Below, piece after piece: positions 1-7,310 of a DNA stretch of 36,646 nucleotides. Position 1 is the first letter of the stretch. Each line of letters begins with the position of its first letter. Source of the stretch: Candidatus Dojkabacteria bacterium. Its GTDB lineage: Bacteria; Patescibacteriota; Dojkabacteria; J137. The stretch spans positions 1 to 36,646 of the forward strand of contig JAGQLF010000001.1 in assembly GCA_020429545.1 (NCBI GenBank), read 5' to 3'. The notes under the pieces were generated by a model. It had not been told where the DNA came from. It did not search any database and worked only from the letters and a program-made list of their open reading frames with translations. Position numbers and translations under genes: made by a program.

Positions 1-205
1 TCCACACTACTCTATATTTACGTAACAACGCTATGTTACTCTACTCTACATCAATCACGGATATATAATTCTGCAAATGAAATTAGAAATATATTTTTAT
101 TTTATTTATTTTTATAAAATGTTTAACTATATACCACTATCCCTCATCCTCTAAAGGATAATCCCCTACTTTGTGGTAAAATCTCATCAATTTAAAAAAC
201 AAATT

Positions 206-748
206 ATGGATGAGAAAATTACTGAACAAGAGCCAACTATAACTATAAGCGAGCTAAAACAAGAAGATATTCCTCAGCTCTATAAACTATTAGAACAAAG
301 AGTTATAGATCCAGATACTGGAAAAATATTCTACGATGAGATCAATAGAATTATTGAAAGCATGGCCGGAAACTGGGGAGAAGATAACAGAAAAAGAAAA
401 TACTTGGTTGCAAGAGACGGAAATAGAGTTTTAGGTTGCATGGCTTATTCTGCGCCAGACATGTCTATGTGTAAGCATTTTGGTTTTGAACATCCCTCAA
501 CTGCTGATGCAATTGAACTATTAAATGCTTTTGTTCTTGAACAAGGAAATGGAGTGGGCAGAAAACTCTTTGAAGCTATATGTGAGGTTGGTCGAAATCT
601 TGGTAAAAGCTACTTAGTCATAAATAGCGGACCAAGATATAAAGATAGCTGGGGTTTCTACGATAAGATGTGTGACGAATCATGTGGATTTATTGAAAAC
701 AAGTATGGGGATAAACGTCATGCAAACACTTGGCAAATTAGGTTATAA
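206..748 (+). CDS. GNAT-family N-acetyltransferase
   Basis: Acetyl-CoA-binding motif A-like stretch LEQGNGVGRKLFEAI follows a beta-strand-like VARDGNRVLGCMAYS. The maximal ORF starts at GTG 173; ATG 206 is preferred but the start is uncertain. TAA stop. Confidence 0.6.
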   Translation: MDEKITEQEPTITISELKQEDIPQLYKLLEQRVIDPDTGKIFYDEINRIIESMAGNWGEDNRKRKYLVARDGNRVLGCMAYSAPDMSMCKHFGFEHPSTADAIELLNAFVLEQGNGVGRKLFEAICEVGRNLGKSYLVINSGPRYKDSWGFYDKMCDESCGFIENKYGDKRHANTWQIRL

Positions 749-755
749 GAATTAA

Positions 756-790
756 AGCTAGTAGCTAGCAGCTCGGAGCTAGGAGCTATA
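756..790. repeat. 5 x 7-nt phased array (AGCTAGT AGCTAGC AGCTCGG AGCTAGG AGCTATA)
   Basis: AGCT at 756, 763, 770, 777 and 784. Sits between convergent genes. The last unit supplies the TAG stop (786-788, minus) of the membrane protein. Confidence 0.9.
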
Positions 791-1916
791 GAAGAGTTCC
801 ATTAATTCCCCAACTGCTATTTATAACTAGCAAAAAGGTTATAAGGGCAACTAGAACCATATACTCCACCCAAACGTATCTGTTTAGGTTAGACCTAATT
901 TCTAGTGCAATACTTAAAAGAATATAGAAAACTACAGCAATAGATAAAATTGCATAAACATAGTTTACAGGCCAAATTGATAGTACAAAAATTGCATATA
1001 GAATGGTAAGAGTAATACTTAAAGACCTTATTATGCTCTGCTGAGGAGTTATGTGCTCTAACATCAAAATTGACGAGAATGTTAGATAAAATACAGGTGG
1101 ACCAATCAAAACTAATTTCTCAAAGAAATTAAAGTTAGCTCCAAAAAATAAAATCAAAATCAAATATGATGAAATCAAAGAGAATATAAATTGTGATGCC
1201 CTAGCCGCCTGTTCCAACGGAATCTTAACTTCAAGTGCAGTGTTTAATATATTAGTAGTCAAAATAACAAAATATGAGATAACGTAAAGAACTATAGAAA
1301 ACATAAACGAGAGAATAAACTTATTAAACTGAAACTGTTCTGCTATCAAAAAAGAAAGAGTTATTAAAATATAAGGAATAATTGAAAGTGCCGGATAAAA
1401 AATAATAACTTTAGATTTTAATGATTTAGTTTTAAATCCAACAACTGCGTACATGCCATAGGCAAGTGTAGCTACAATAACAGACGTTCTAAACAAAATT
1501 CCCAAAGTAATATTACCTCCAGCTTGCTGGTTAGCTATAACCGTCCCTTCTATAATATTAATTTTTGTTGTGGTTGTGGTAAATAAATCCCTTGTAGTAA
1601 TTACAATACTCTCTGGGATTTCGTCTGAATCTAAATCGTATTCAAAATCAGTTGATGTTTTTCCTAACTCAAAAATTTGATCGTTTATATTAATAGTTAT
1701 TTTTCTTAGGTCGATATCATCCGATTTATTCCACCTTAGCTTTATAGATTGTGTTGAGGTAGTTATCGAAATATTAGCAAGTTCATCTGGTGGTGTTACA
1801 ATATCTGCTACCCAATTAATGATTGGTGTCGTTAAAATAAAAAATAAAGCTGCGGCAATTCCTGCAACCCAAACAATCCTTAACCTAACTGGAATATTTT
1901 TTACAATCTTTATCAT
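786..1916 (-). CDS. multi-pass membrane protein, unknown family
   Basis: 376-aa ORF with ATG start. N-terminal TM helix (VWVAGIAAALFFILTTPII), then a ~110-aa hydrophilic T/D/I-rich segment, then about eight hydrophobic helices. The TAG stop lies inside heptamer array 756-790. Confidence 0.6.
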   Translation of the reverse strand: MIKIVKNIPVRLRIVWVAGIAAALFFILTTPIINWVADIVTPPDELANISITTSTQSIKLRWNKSDDIDLRKITININDQIFELGKTSTDFEYDLDSDEIPESIVITTRDLFTTTTTKINIIEGTVIANQQAGGNITLGILFRTSVIVATLAYGMYAVVGFKTKSLKSKVIIFYPALSIIPYILITLSFLIAEQFQFNKFILSFMFSIVLYVISYFVILTTNILNTALEVKIPLEQAARASQFIFSLISSYLILILFFGANFNFFEKLVLIGPPVFYLTFSSILMLEHITPQQSIIRSLSITLTILYAIFVLSIWPVNYVYAILSIAVVFYILLSIALEIRSNLNRYVWVEYMVLVALITFLLVINSSWGINGTLL

Positions 1917-2130
1917 TATTTCGAATTTTATCTACTCGCTATTTTACCGCGCACATAATATAAGAACAACTGACAACTAGGTTATTCTGACCAGATAGAT
2001 TTTCACTGAAAATACAAGTCATTAATAAATAGTAATTAATTGTTATTTATAGTTATTAAGTAATTATTAACAATTACTATCAATAACCTAATTACTACGA
2101 ATAACTAAAACATCGCTTGCCCATTAAAGT

Positions 2131-3132
2131 TCAAGTACTGCCAAGCCGTCTATACACCTCCTCTGCTTTATCAGTTATTTGCCTTCCTCTGTTTGTTCTT
2201 TGTATAAATCCTTTTTTTAGCAGAAATGGTTCGTATACAGTTTCTACTGTTTCTGGCTCCTCTGAAATTGAAGCAGCTAGTGTGCCAAGTCCTACGGGCC
2301 TCCCTTTAAAACTATCAATTAGACTGACCAATATCGCTCTATCTGTTCTGTTTAAACCATGTTCATCAATATCTAGTAGTTCTAAAGCTTCTCTTGTTGT
2401 ATCAATATCGATAGTGTCTTTATTGCCAACTGTTGCTAAATCTCTCACTCGTTTTAAAATTCTTATTGCTATTCTGGCTGTCATTCTGGCTCTTTTTGCA
2501 ATTTCTGCTGCTGCGCTATCGTCTATTCCAATACTCATCATTTTGGCTTTTTGTTTTACTAACTCAGTTAGTTCATTTTCCTCATAAAAATCTAGCCTAA
2601 AGTTCATACCAAATCTATCTCTTAGTGGAGCGCTAAGCATAGAAAGCTTTGTAGTTGCGCCAATTATTGTAAATTTAGGTAAATCTATTCTTAATGTTTT
2701 AGCATTTGGTCCTTTTCCAATAACAATATCAAGCACATTATCTTCCATGGCAGGATATAAAATTTCTTCAATTGTTCTTTTAAGTCTGTGAATTTCGTCA
2801 ATAAATAAAACAGAATATGGTTCAAGCGAAGTTAGAATTGCTGCCAAGTCTCCTGCTTTTTCAATTACAGAACCACTTGTCGCATGCAGTGTATAACCAA
2901 GCTCTTTTGCTATAACATATGCAAATGTAGTCTTTCCAAGTCCTGGTGGTCCATGAAAAAGTATATGATCCACAGCTGCATCTCTTTTCTTTGCAGACTC
3001 AATCATAATCTCTAAACTCCTCTTCTCTGCCTTTCTTCCAATTACTTCTTTAAAATTACTTGGTCTCAATGCCCCTTCAAATGCCACCTCATTTTCATTT
3101 TTAGCATCTGGTGTTGTAGCGTATTCATCCAT
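2131..3132 (-). CDS. ruvB: Holliday junction branch migration helicase RuvB
   Basis: Walker A GPPGLGKTT, Walker B LFIDEIH, AAA+ lid and C-terminal winged-helix region. Typical 333 aa. Lies 1 nt downstream of ruvA. TGA stop. Confidence 0.95.
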   Translation of the reverse strand: MDEYATTPDAKNENEVAFEGALRPSNFKEVIGRKAEKRSLEIMIESAKKRDAAVDHILFHGPPGLGKTTFAYVIAKELGYTLHATSGSVIEKAGDLAAILTSLEPYSVLFIDEIHRLKRTIEEILYPAMEDNVLDIVIGKGPNAKTLRIDLPKFTIIGATTKLSMLSAPLRDRFGMNFRLDFYEENELTELVKQKAKMMSIGIDDSAAAEIAKRARMTARIAIRILKRVRDLATVGNKDTIDIDTTREALELLDIDEHGLNRTDRAILVSLIDSFKGRPVGLGTLAASISEEPETVETVYEPFLLKKGFIQRTNRGRQITDKAEEVYRRLGST

Positions 3133-3133
3133 A

Positions 3134-3718
3134 CTATAGTGTTGATAGAAGTTTTTTTATTATATCTTGTTCTGAAGCATCACTTATAAATAAGTTATCT
3201 AACTTAGTCAAGTTAGATACTATATCTCTCTCTTTATAACCCAGATTCTTTAGAGCCTCTTTAACATTCTCTACTTTGCTATTATCAAATGTTCCAGTTT
3301 GGCCTAATAGAGTTGCATCTGTTGGAGCTGGAACCTTATCTCTTAGCTCTATTATTATTTTTTCTGCCGTCTTAGCACCAACACTTGAGACTTTTAGCCC
3401 TTTTGCATCTCCATTATAAATTGATGAAACTACTTCGTTATAACCTTTTGAAGTAATTATGTTCAAGGCTGTTTTTGCACCTACTCCTGAAATTGAAAGT
3501 AGTTTTTTAAAAAGTGATAGCTCTTCTTGTGAAGTAAAACCCCATAAAGAAATATCATCTTCTCTAACATTTGTATGTATAAATAGTTCTATCTCTTGAT
3601 CTTCTTTAATTGCTCCTGTGTTCACCGCATTAACCTTCCACCCTACTCCATTTGACAGGATTATTAAACTTCCATCATCAAAAATTGTTTTTATTTTTCC
3701 ACTTAAAAATCCAATCAT
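3134..3718 (-). CDS. ruvA: Holliday junction DNA-binding protein RuvA
   Basis: Typical MIGFLSGKI N-terminus, two helix-hairpin-helix motifs (ISGVGAKTALNI, VGAKTAEKII) and a C-terminal domain III. GAGG lies 4 nt upstream of ATG 3718. The ORF track extends to 3763 through non-conserved residues. Confidence 0.88.
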   Translation of the reverse strand: MIGFLSGKIKTIFDDGSLIILSNGVGWKVNAVNTGAIKEDQEIELFIHTNVREDDISLWGFTSQEELSLFKKLLSISGVGAKTALNIITSKGYNEVVSSIYNGDAKGLKVSSVGAKTAEKIIIELRDKVPAPTDATLLGQTGTFDNSKVENVKEALKNLGYKERDIVSNLTKLDNLFISDASEQDIIKKLLSTL

Positions 3719-3830
3719 GACCTCATTATACATTAAGAAATTACAAACAAGATGATTTAGCATTAAAATCGTTGTAGGTGCTTAGAATTATCTTTAAATT
3801 GGAAATTCGAAAAAAGAAATCCGAAATAAA

Positions 3831-3972
3831 TAGGAAATCTTGCTTTATCAGCAGTATAGGCTTGTCAGTTCGAGTGAAATTTGCGATAGCAAATTTTGTA
3901 TCTAGAACTCACTTCTCGATACAATTCTACTTCTCCCGATAAATCGGGATCAGTAGAATCACTCGAAGTAAC
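3831..3972. repeat. structured intergenic repeat, family 1 (cloverleaf-like four-way junction), copy A
   Basis: P1 TTCGAGTG (3869-3876) / CACTCGAA (3960-3967) encloses hairpins 3877-3896, 3898-3922 and 3924-3959. A TAGGAAAT box lies 37 nt upstream. Confidence 0.75.
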
Positions 3973-4000
3973 ACAGCTAGGGACAGGAATTTATAATTTT

Positions 4001-4035
4001 GCTAGAAGCCCGTAGCTAGCAGCTAGTGGCTATTT
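4001..4035. repeat. 5 x 7-nt phased array (GCTAGAA GCCCGTA GCTAGCA GCTAGTG GCTATTT)
   Basis: GCTA or GCCC at 4001, 4008, 4015, 4022 and 4029. It contains the ruvC TAG stop (4023-4025) and shares the 13-mer GTAGCTAGCAGCT with array 756-790. Confidence 0.85.
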
Positions 4036-4511
4036 ATGTGGCATGTAGCAACTGCAATTGCATCAGCAACATCATCAGGCTTTGGAACTTCTTTTAGTCC
4101 ATAAATTAGCTTTACCATTTTTTGAATTTGTTCTTTATCTGCTCTTCCATAACCCGTAACCGCAGTTTTGACTTGTAATGGTGTATAGTCGTATGTCGGC
4201 CGCCCTGCGTGCTCTGCAGCTAATAAAATTACACCTCTCGCCTGGCTCACATTTATAACTGTTTTTTGATTTTTGAAGTAAAAAAGGCTTTCTACTGCAA
4301 TAATATGTGGATTAAATGCTTCAATTTTCTCTGTCAATTCTTTGTAGATTATTGCGAGTCTTTCATTAGTTGGAAGCTTTGAATCTGTAATAATTGCACC
4401 ATAATCGATAAGTTTAGGTTTATTTGCAAACTGAGGATTTTTCTCAACGATAGACCAACCAACAATTGCAATCCCCGTGTCAATTCCCATTACCCTAGTT
4501 GAAGTATTCAT
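4023..4511 (-). CDS. ruvC: crossover junction endodeoxyribonuclease RuvC
   Basis: RNase H-like fold signature: MGIDTG at the N-terminus, AVESLF, C-terminal DDVADAIAVA. 162 aa. 4-nt overlap with yebC. The TAG stop sits inside heptamer array 4001-4035. Confidence 0.9.
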   Translation of the reverse strand: MNTSTRVMGIDTGIAIVGWSIVEKNPQFANKPKLIDYGAIITDSKLPTNERLAIIYKELTEKIEAFNPHIIAVESLFYFKNQKTVINVSQARGVILLAAEHAGRPTYDYTPLQVKTAVTGYGRADKEQIQKMVKLIYGLKEVPKPDDVADAIAVATCHINSH

Positions 4512-5257
4512 ATATCAAAATCGTAGTTAGTCCAAATATTAACCACATCCTGGTTTTCTTCAATTAAGGCCTCAAGCTCTTCTAATCTATCTTTTACACT
4601 TATTGCATCCACCAATGCATCTGTAACTTTTGCAAGTTCTGCTTTTTCAATTTTTATCTCATTTTCAAATTGTTTCTTTATACTATCGAACACCGATTTA
4701 AATTCCGATCTTTCAGTCTTTACCAATATTTTTTTCTCTTCTTCTTTTCTTACTGTATCAATAATTCCCGGAATCTCAAAGAGACTCAGTATTATCTCAT
4801 CTAAATCTCTATTGGCGGTTACTGTAAATTCAATTATCCCAACCTCTTTGAACTGCCATGAAATAGAGCCCTCAGAAGCCATTTTAAGACCATTTTTAGT
4901 AGCCATTGTCTTTAGTTCAGTAATAGTTCTATTTGGATTATCTGTTTCAGTATCTACTAAAAATGCAGTCCCATTCGGACCGTAAAATTCATAGGTATTT
5001 TCCACAACAGTCGAGCTATCTGCTGATACACCAATACCTTTGTCTATTGCTCTTTGAATATTATCGTTAGGCATTGATGCAGCCTTTGCTTTATCAACAG
5101 CAACTCTAAGCATTGGATTAAAGTTCACATCTCCGCTCTCTCCTAGTTTCGCTGAAACAGTAATATCTTTAGAAAGTTTTGTAAAAGTCGATGCTCTTTT
5201 TTTATCTTGAGCCTCCTTTGTCCTCTTAATATTTGCCCATTTTGAATGTCCTGCCAT
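4508..5257 (-). CDS. yebC: YebC/PmpR-family DNA-binding regulator
   Basis: Diagnostic N-terminus MAGHSKWANIKRTK. 249 aa. Classical position upstream of ruvC. Confidence 0.9.
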   Translation of the reverse strand: MAGHSKWANIKRTKEAQDKKRASTFTKLSKDITVSAKLGESGDVNFNPMLRVAVDKAKAASMPNDNIQRAIDKGIGVSADSSTVVENTYEFYGPNGTAFLVDTETDNPNRTITELKTMATKNGLKMASEGSISWQFKEVGIIEFTVTANRDLDEIILSLFEIPGIIDTVRKEEEKKILVKTERSEFKSVFDSIKKQFENEIKIEKAELAKVTDALVDAISVKDRLEELEALIEENQDVVNIWTNYDFDI

Positions 5258-5259
5258 AT

Positions 5260-6477
5260 CTAAAAATTTAAAACTAAAACCAAATCCCCTGTCTTATTGT
5301 ATGGGTATTTATCTATTTCTATCCTTATTTTATCTCTTAAACTTTGCTTAATTGCTTTGATAGAATTTTTAAACCTAACTAAATCTTCTTCACCACCCAG
5401 ATGTAAAACACTTTCTTTTTCATTTTCAAAGTAGTTACCATATTTTACTACGTTCATTCCAATATTTTGCAATTCTCTGTTGTATAGAGAAGCTAGACCT
5501 CTCTGATCAGATGCATTATAAATTTCTAACTCTGCTTGTTCGGCAACTACATCCAAATCATCTACAAATCCCAGTAAAGACTCATCGATTATAAGATAGT
5601 TTGGTAAAAATTCCAGTGCCTTTTCAGCCGATTCCTGAATAATTGCTTGCTCAACACCCAAAACTTTATAGTTAATTTGCTTATCTACTCTAAAATTAGA
5701 TAAAAATTGAATCAATTCTGGCCTATTCATGTCTGTCTTTATATAAGGATAAAGTTTAGATTTATTCCACAACAAGTTGTACATCTGTATCAACCTTGAA
5801 TTTTTATAAAATAGTGCCTCATTAAATTTGGCATAGTCTTCTGTATATTCTTGAGTTAAAAAATCTTCATTAGATTTGATTTTATTCAATAAATTCCTAT
5901 CTATCTTTAAATAGTTCTTATCAAAAACTGAAGAATTGATAAGTAAGTATCTGTCAATTCTTACGCCTAGTAAGGAACTTACTGCGCTATTTAAAGCCAT
6001 TAGTGCCGGTTCATCTCCTGAGTATTCGTTAAGAAACGTTCTCAGAGAAATATCGTTGAATCGCTCAGACATAAAATAAGGAGATACCTCAACAAGCCTA
6101 ACAGCATCATTACCTCCAACAACAACATTGATTGAGTTGATGTATTTGTATGAATCAATCTCAGATATGGTATATACAACTGTGTTTATATTATTTAAAT
6201 CATAGACAATTGGGGGCTCAGCTTCTTGGTAATAACTCTCAAAGTTTATTGTGAAATATTGAAATAAATGAACTATAAGAACTGTTAATAGAAGAAATAT
6301 ACCTAAGAAATACCCTGATTGCTTTTTAATTTTAACTATCGATGTTAGGAAAGATTTGACTTTTGTTTGACTATTTTTCTTTTTATTTATAACTTGGCTA
6401 CCTCTACTTCTTCTGAGGAGACGCCGATATGACTCACTAAAGAATGTTTTGTTTAAGATTGAACTAATTCTACTCAT
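5260..6477 (-). CDS. membrane-anchored envelope protein, degenerate LytR-CpsA-Psr-like core plus LytR_C-like C-terminus
   Basis: One N-terminal TM helix. SLLGVRIDRYLLINSSVF resembles the LCP 'id.yv.vnf' segment. The C-terminal ELEIYNASDQRGLASLYNRELQNIGMNVVKYGNY matches the LytR_C pattern. Family assignment is weak. Confidence 0.4.
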   Translation of the reverse strand: MSRISSILNKTFFSESYRRLLRRSRGSQVINKKKNSQTKVKSFLTSIVKIKKQSGYFLGIFLLLTVLIVHLFQYFTINFESYYQEAEPPIVYDLNNINTVVYTISEIDSYKYINSINVVVGGNDAVRLVEVSPYFMSERFNDISLRTFLNEYSGDEPALMALNSAVSSLLGVRIDRYLLINSSVFDKNYLKIDRNLLNKIKSNEDFLTQEYTEDYAKFNEALFYKNSRLIQMYNLLWNKSKLYPYIKTDMNRPELIQFLSNFRVDKQINYKVLGVEQAIIQESAEKALEFLPNYLIIDESLLGFVDDLDVVAEQAELEIYNASDQRGLASLYNRELQNIGMNVVKYGNYFENEKESVLHLGGEEDLVRFKNSIKAIKQSLRDKIRIEIDKYPYNKTGDLVLVLNF

Positions 6478-6535
6478 AGTAATCTTATTGTACAGTATTA
6501 AGACTACTAGTTAAAAAATCTTAAAACAATTTTAA

Positions 6536-7165
6536 TTAGTCAAAGCTCTCTTCATCTTCCAGAATAAAGAATCCCTTTACTTCTTTTAGTGTATTTTTGA
6601 TTCTTTCTCTTATTGTTTTTCTATTTTTATTTTTCTGTTTATTCTTCTTTTTCTTTACTCCATGTACTTTTTCTTTTTTATCATTCTTTTTTGGCAACAC
6701 TTCATCCTGTTTCTCCACAATTTCTTGACTAATTTCAGTATTTTCTAAAATAATATTCTTTTTGTCAGCATCAATTGACACGCTCATATTCAAGTCTGCT
6801 CTATCTTTAGGGTCAATTATGCCACCGTTAATTCTAAGATCAAATGACATAACGAAGTCTTTCTTTTCATTCAGAAATTTCACTATCGGAACATTAATCA
6901 AATCTTCAGAATCTATTTGTGAATTAGGGAAATCAATATAATCATCTGGTCTAATTATGATGTAAATAATAAAACCAGGAATATTTAAAGGCAGAACGAG
7001 AAAAAAGAAGATTTTTGCTGTTCTTGGATTGTTGTACCTCTTCTTTGCATCTAAATATACCCAGATTGGTATTAATGACCACAATACAATAAGATATAGA
7101 AATGATATGAATAGTATATGGACTATGCTGACATGTTCAAGTAGGCTTTGTAAGCTTGTGATCAT
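6536..7165 (-). CDS. membrane protein with lysine-rich tail
   Basis: 209-aa ORF. Two N-terminal TM helices flank a WVYLDAKKR motif seen in many small membrane proteins. Hydrophilic middle and a K-rich C-terminus. No confident family. Confidence 0.55.
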   Translation of the reverse strand: MITSLQSLLEHVSIVHILFISFLYLIVLWSLIPIWVYLDAKKRYNNPRTAKIFFFLVLPLNIPGFIIYIIIRPDDYIDFPNSQIDSEDLINVPIVKFLNEKKDFVMSFDLRINGGIIDPKDRADLNMSVSIDADKKNIILENTEISQEIVEKQDEVLPKKNDKKEKVHGVKKKKNKQKNKNRKTIRERIKNTLKEVKGFFILEDEESFD

Positions 7166-7310
7166 ATTGTTTTTCTAATGAATATAATGTCCCTAAGGAG
7201 ATTTAGTGGTTGATTATAAAATGAGAAGTCTAATTGAACAAGTAAAAAATAATTTAAATCTCTATAGAAGATTGATAAACTAAAATAGAATTATTTCATT
7301 GAAGAATTAA

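Noticed and set aside
2117-2587. ORF-track entries antisense to, or out of frame within, confidently assigned genes: 2117-2587, 7307-7537, 8075-8329, 9776-10006, 11555-11797, 17845-18054, 18168-18377, 20590-20844, 22031-22219, 24963-25238, 25060-25251, 25251-25436, 28802-29200, 29380-29589, 32256-32453, 33497-33718 and 34702-34911.
   Set aside because: Each lies fully or largely inside a conserved housekeeping or large CDS on the opposite strand or in another frame. All have low-complexity, Leu/Ser/Phe/Ile-rich translations typical of antisense reading of AT-rich genes, and none shows a recognisable motif.
7221-7283. 20-codon small ORF (MRSLIEQVKNNLNLYRRLIN) upstream of the giant protein gene.
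   Set aside because: The AAGGAG motif is about 20 nt away, too far to serve as an SD. There is no conservation evidence, and ORFs of this size are expected by chance in a 145-nt spacer.
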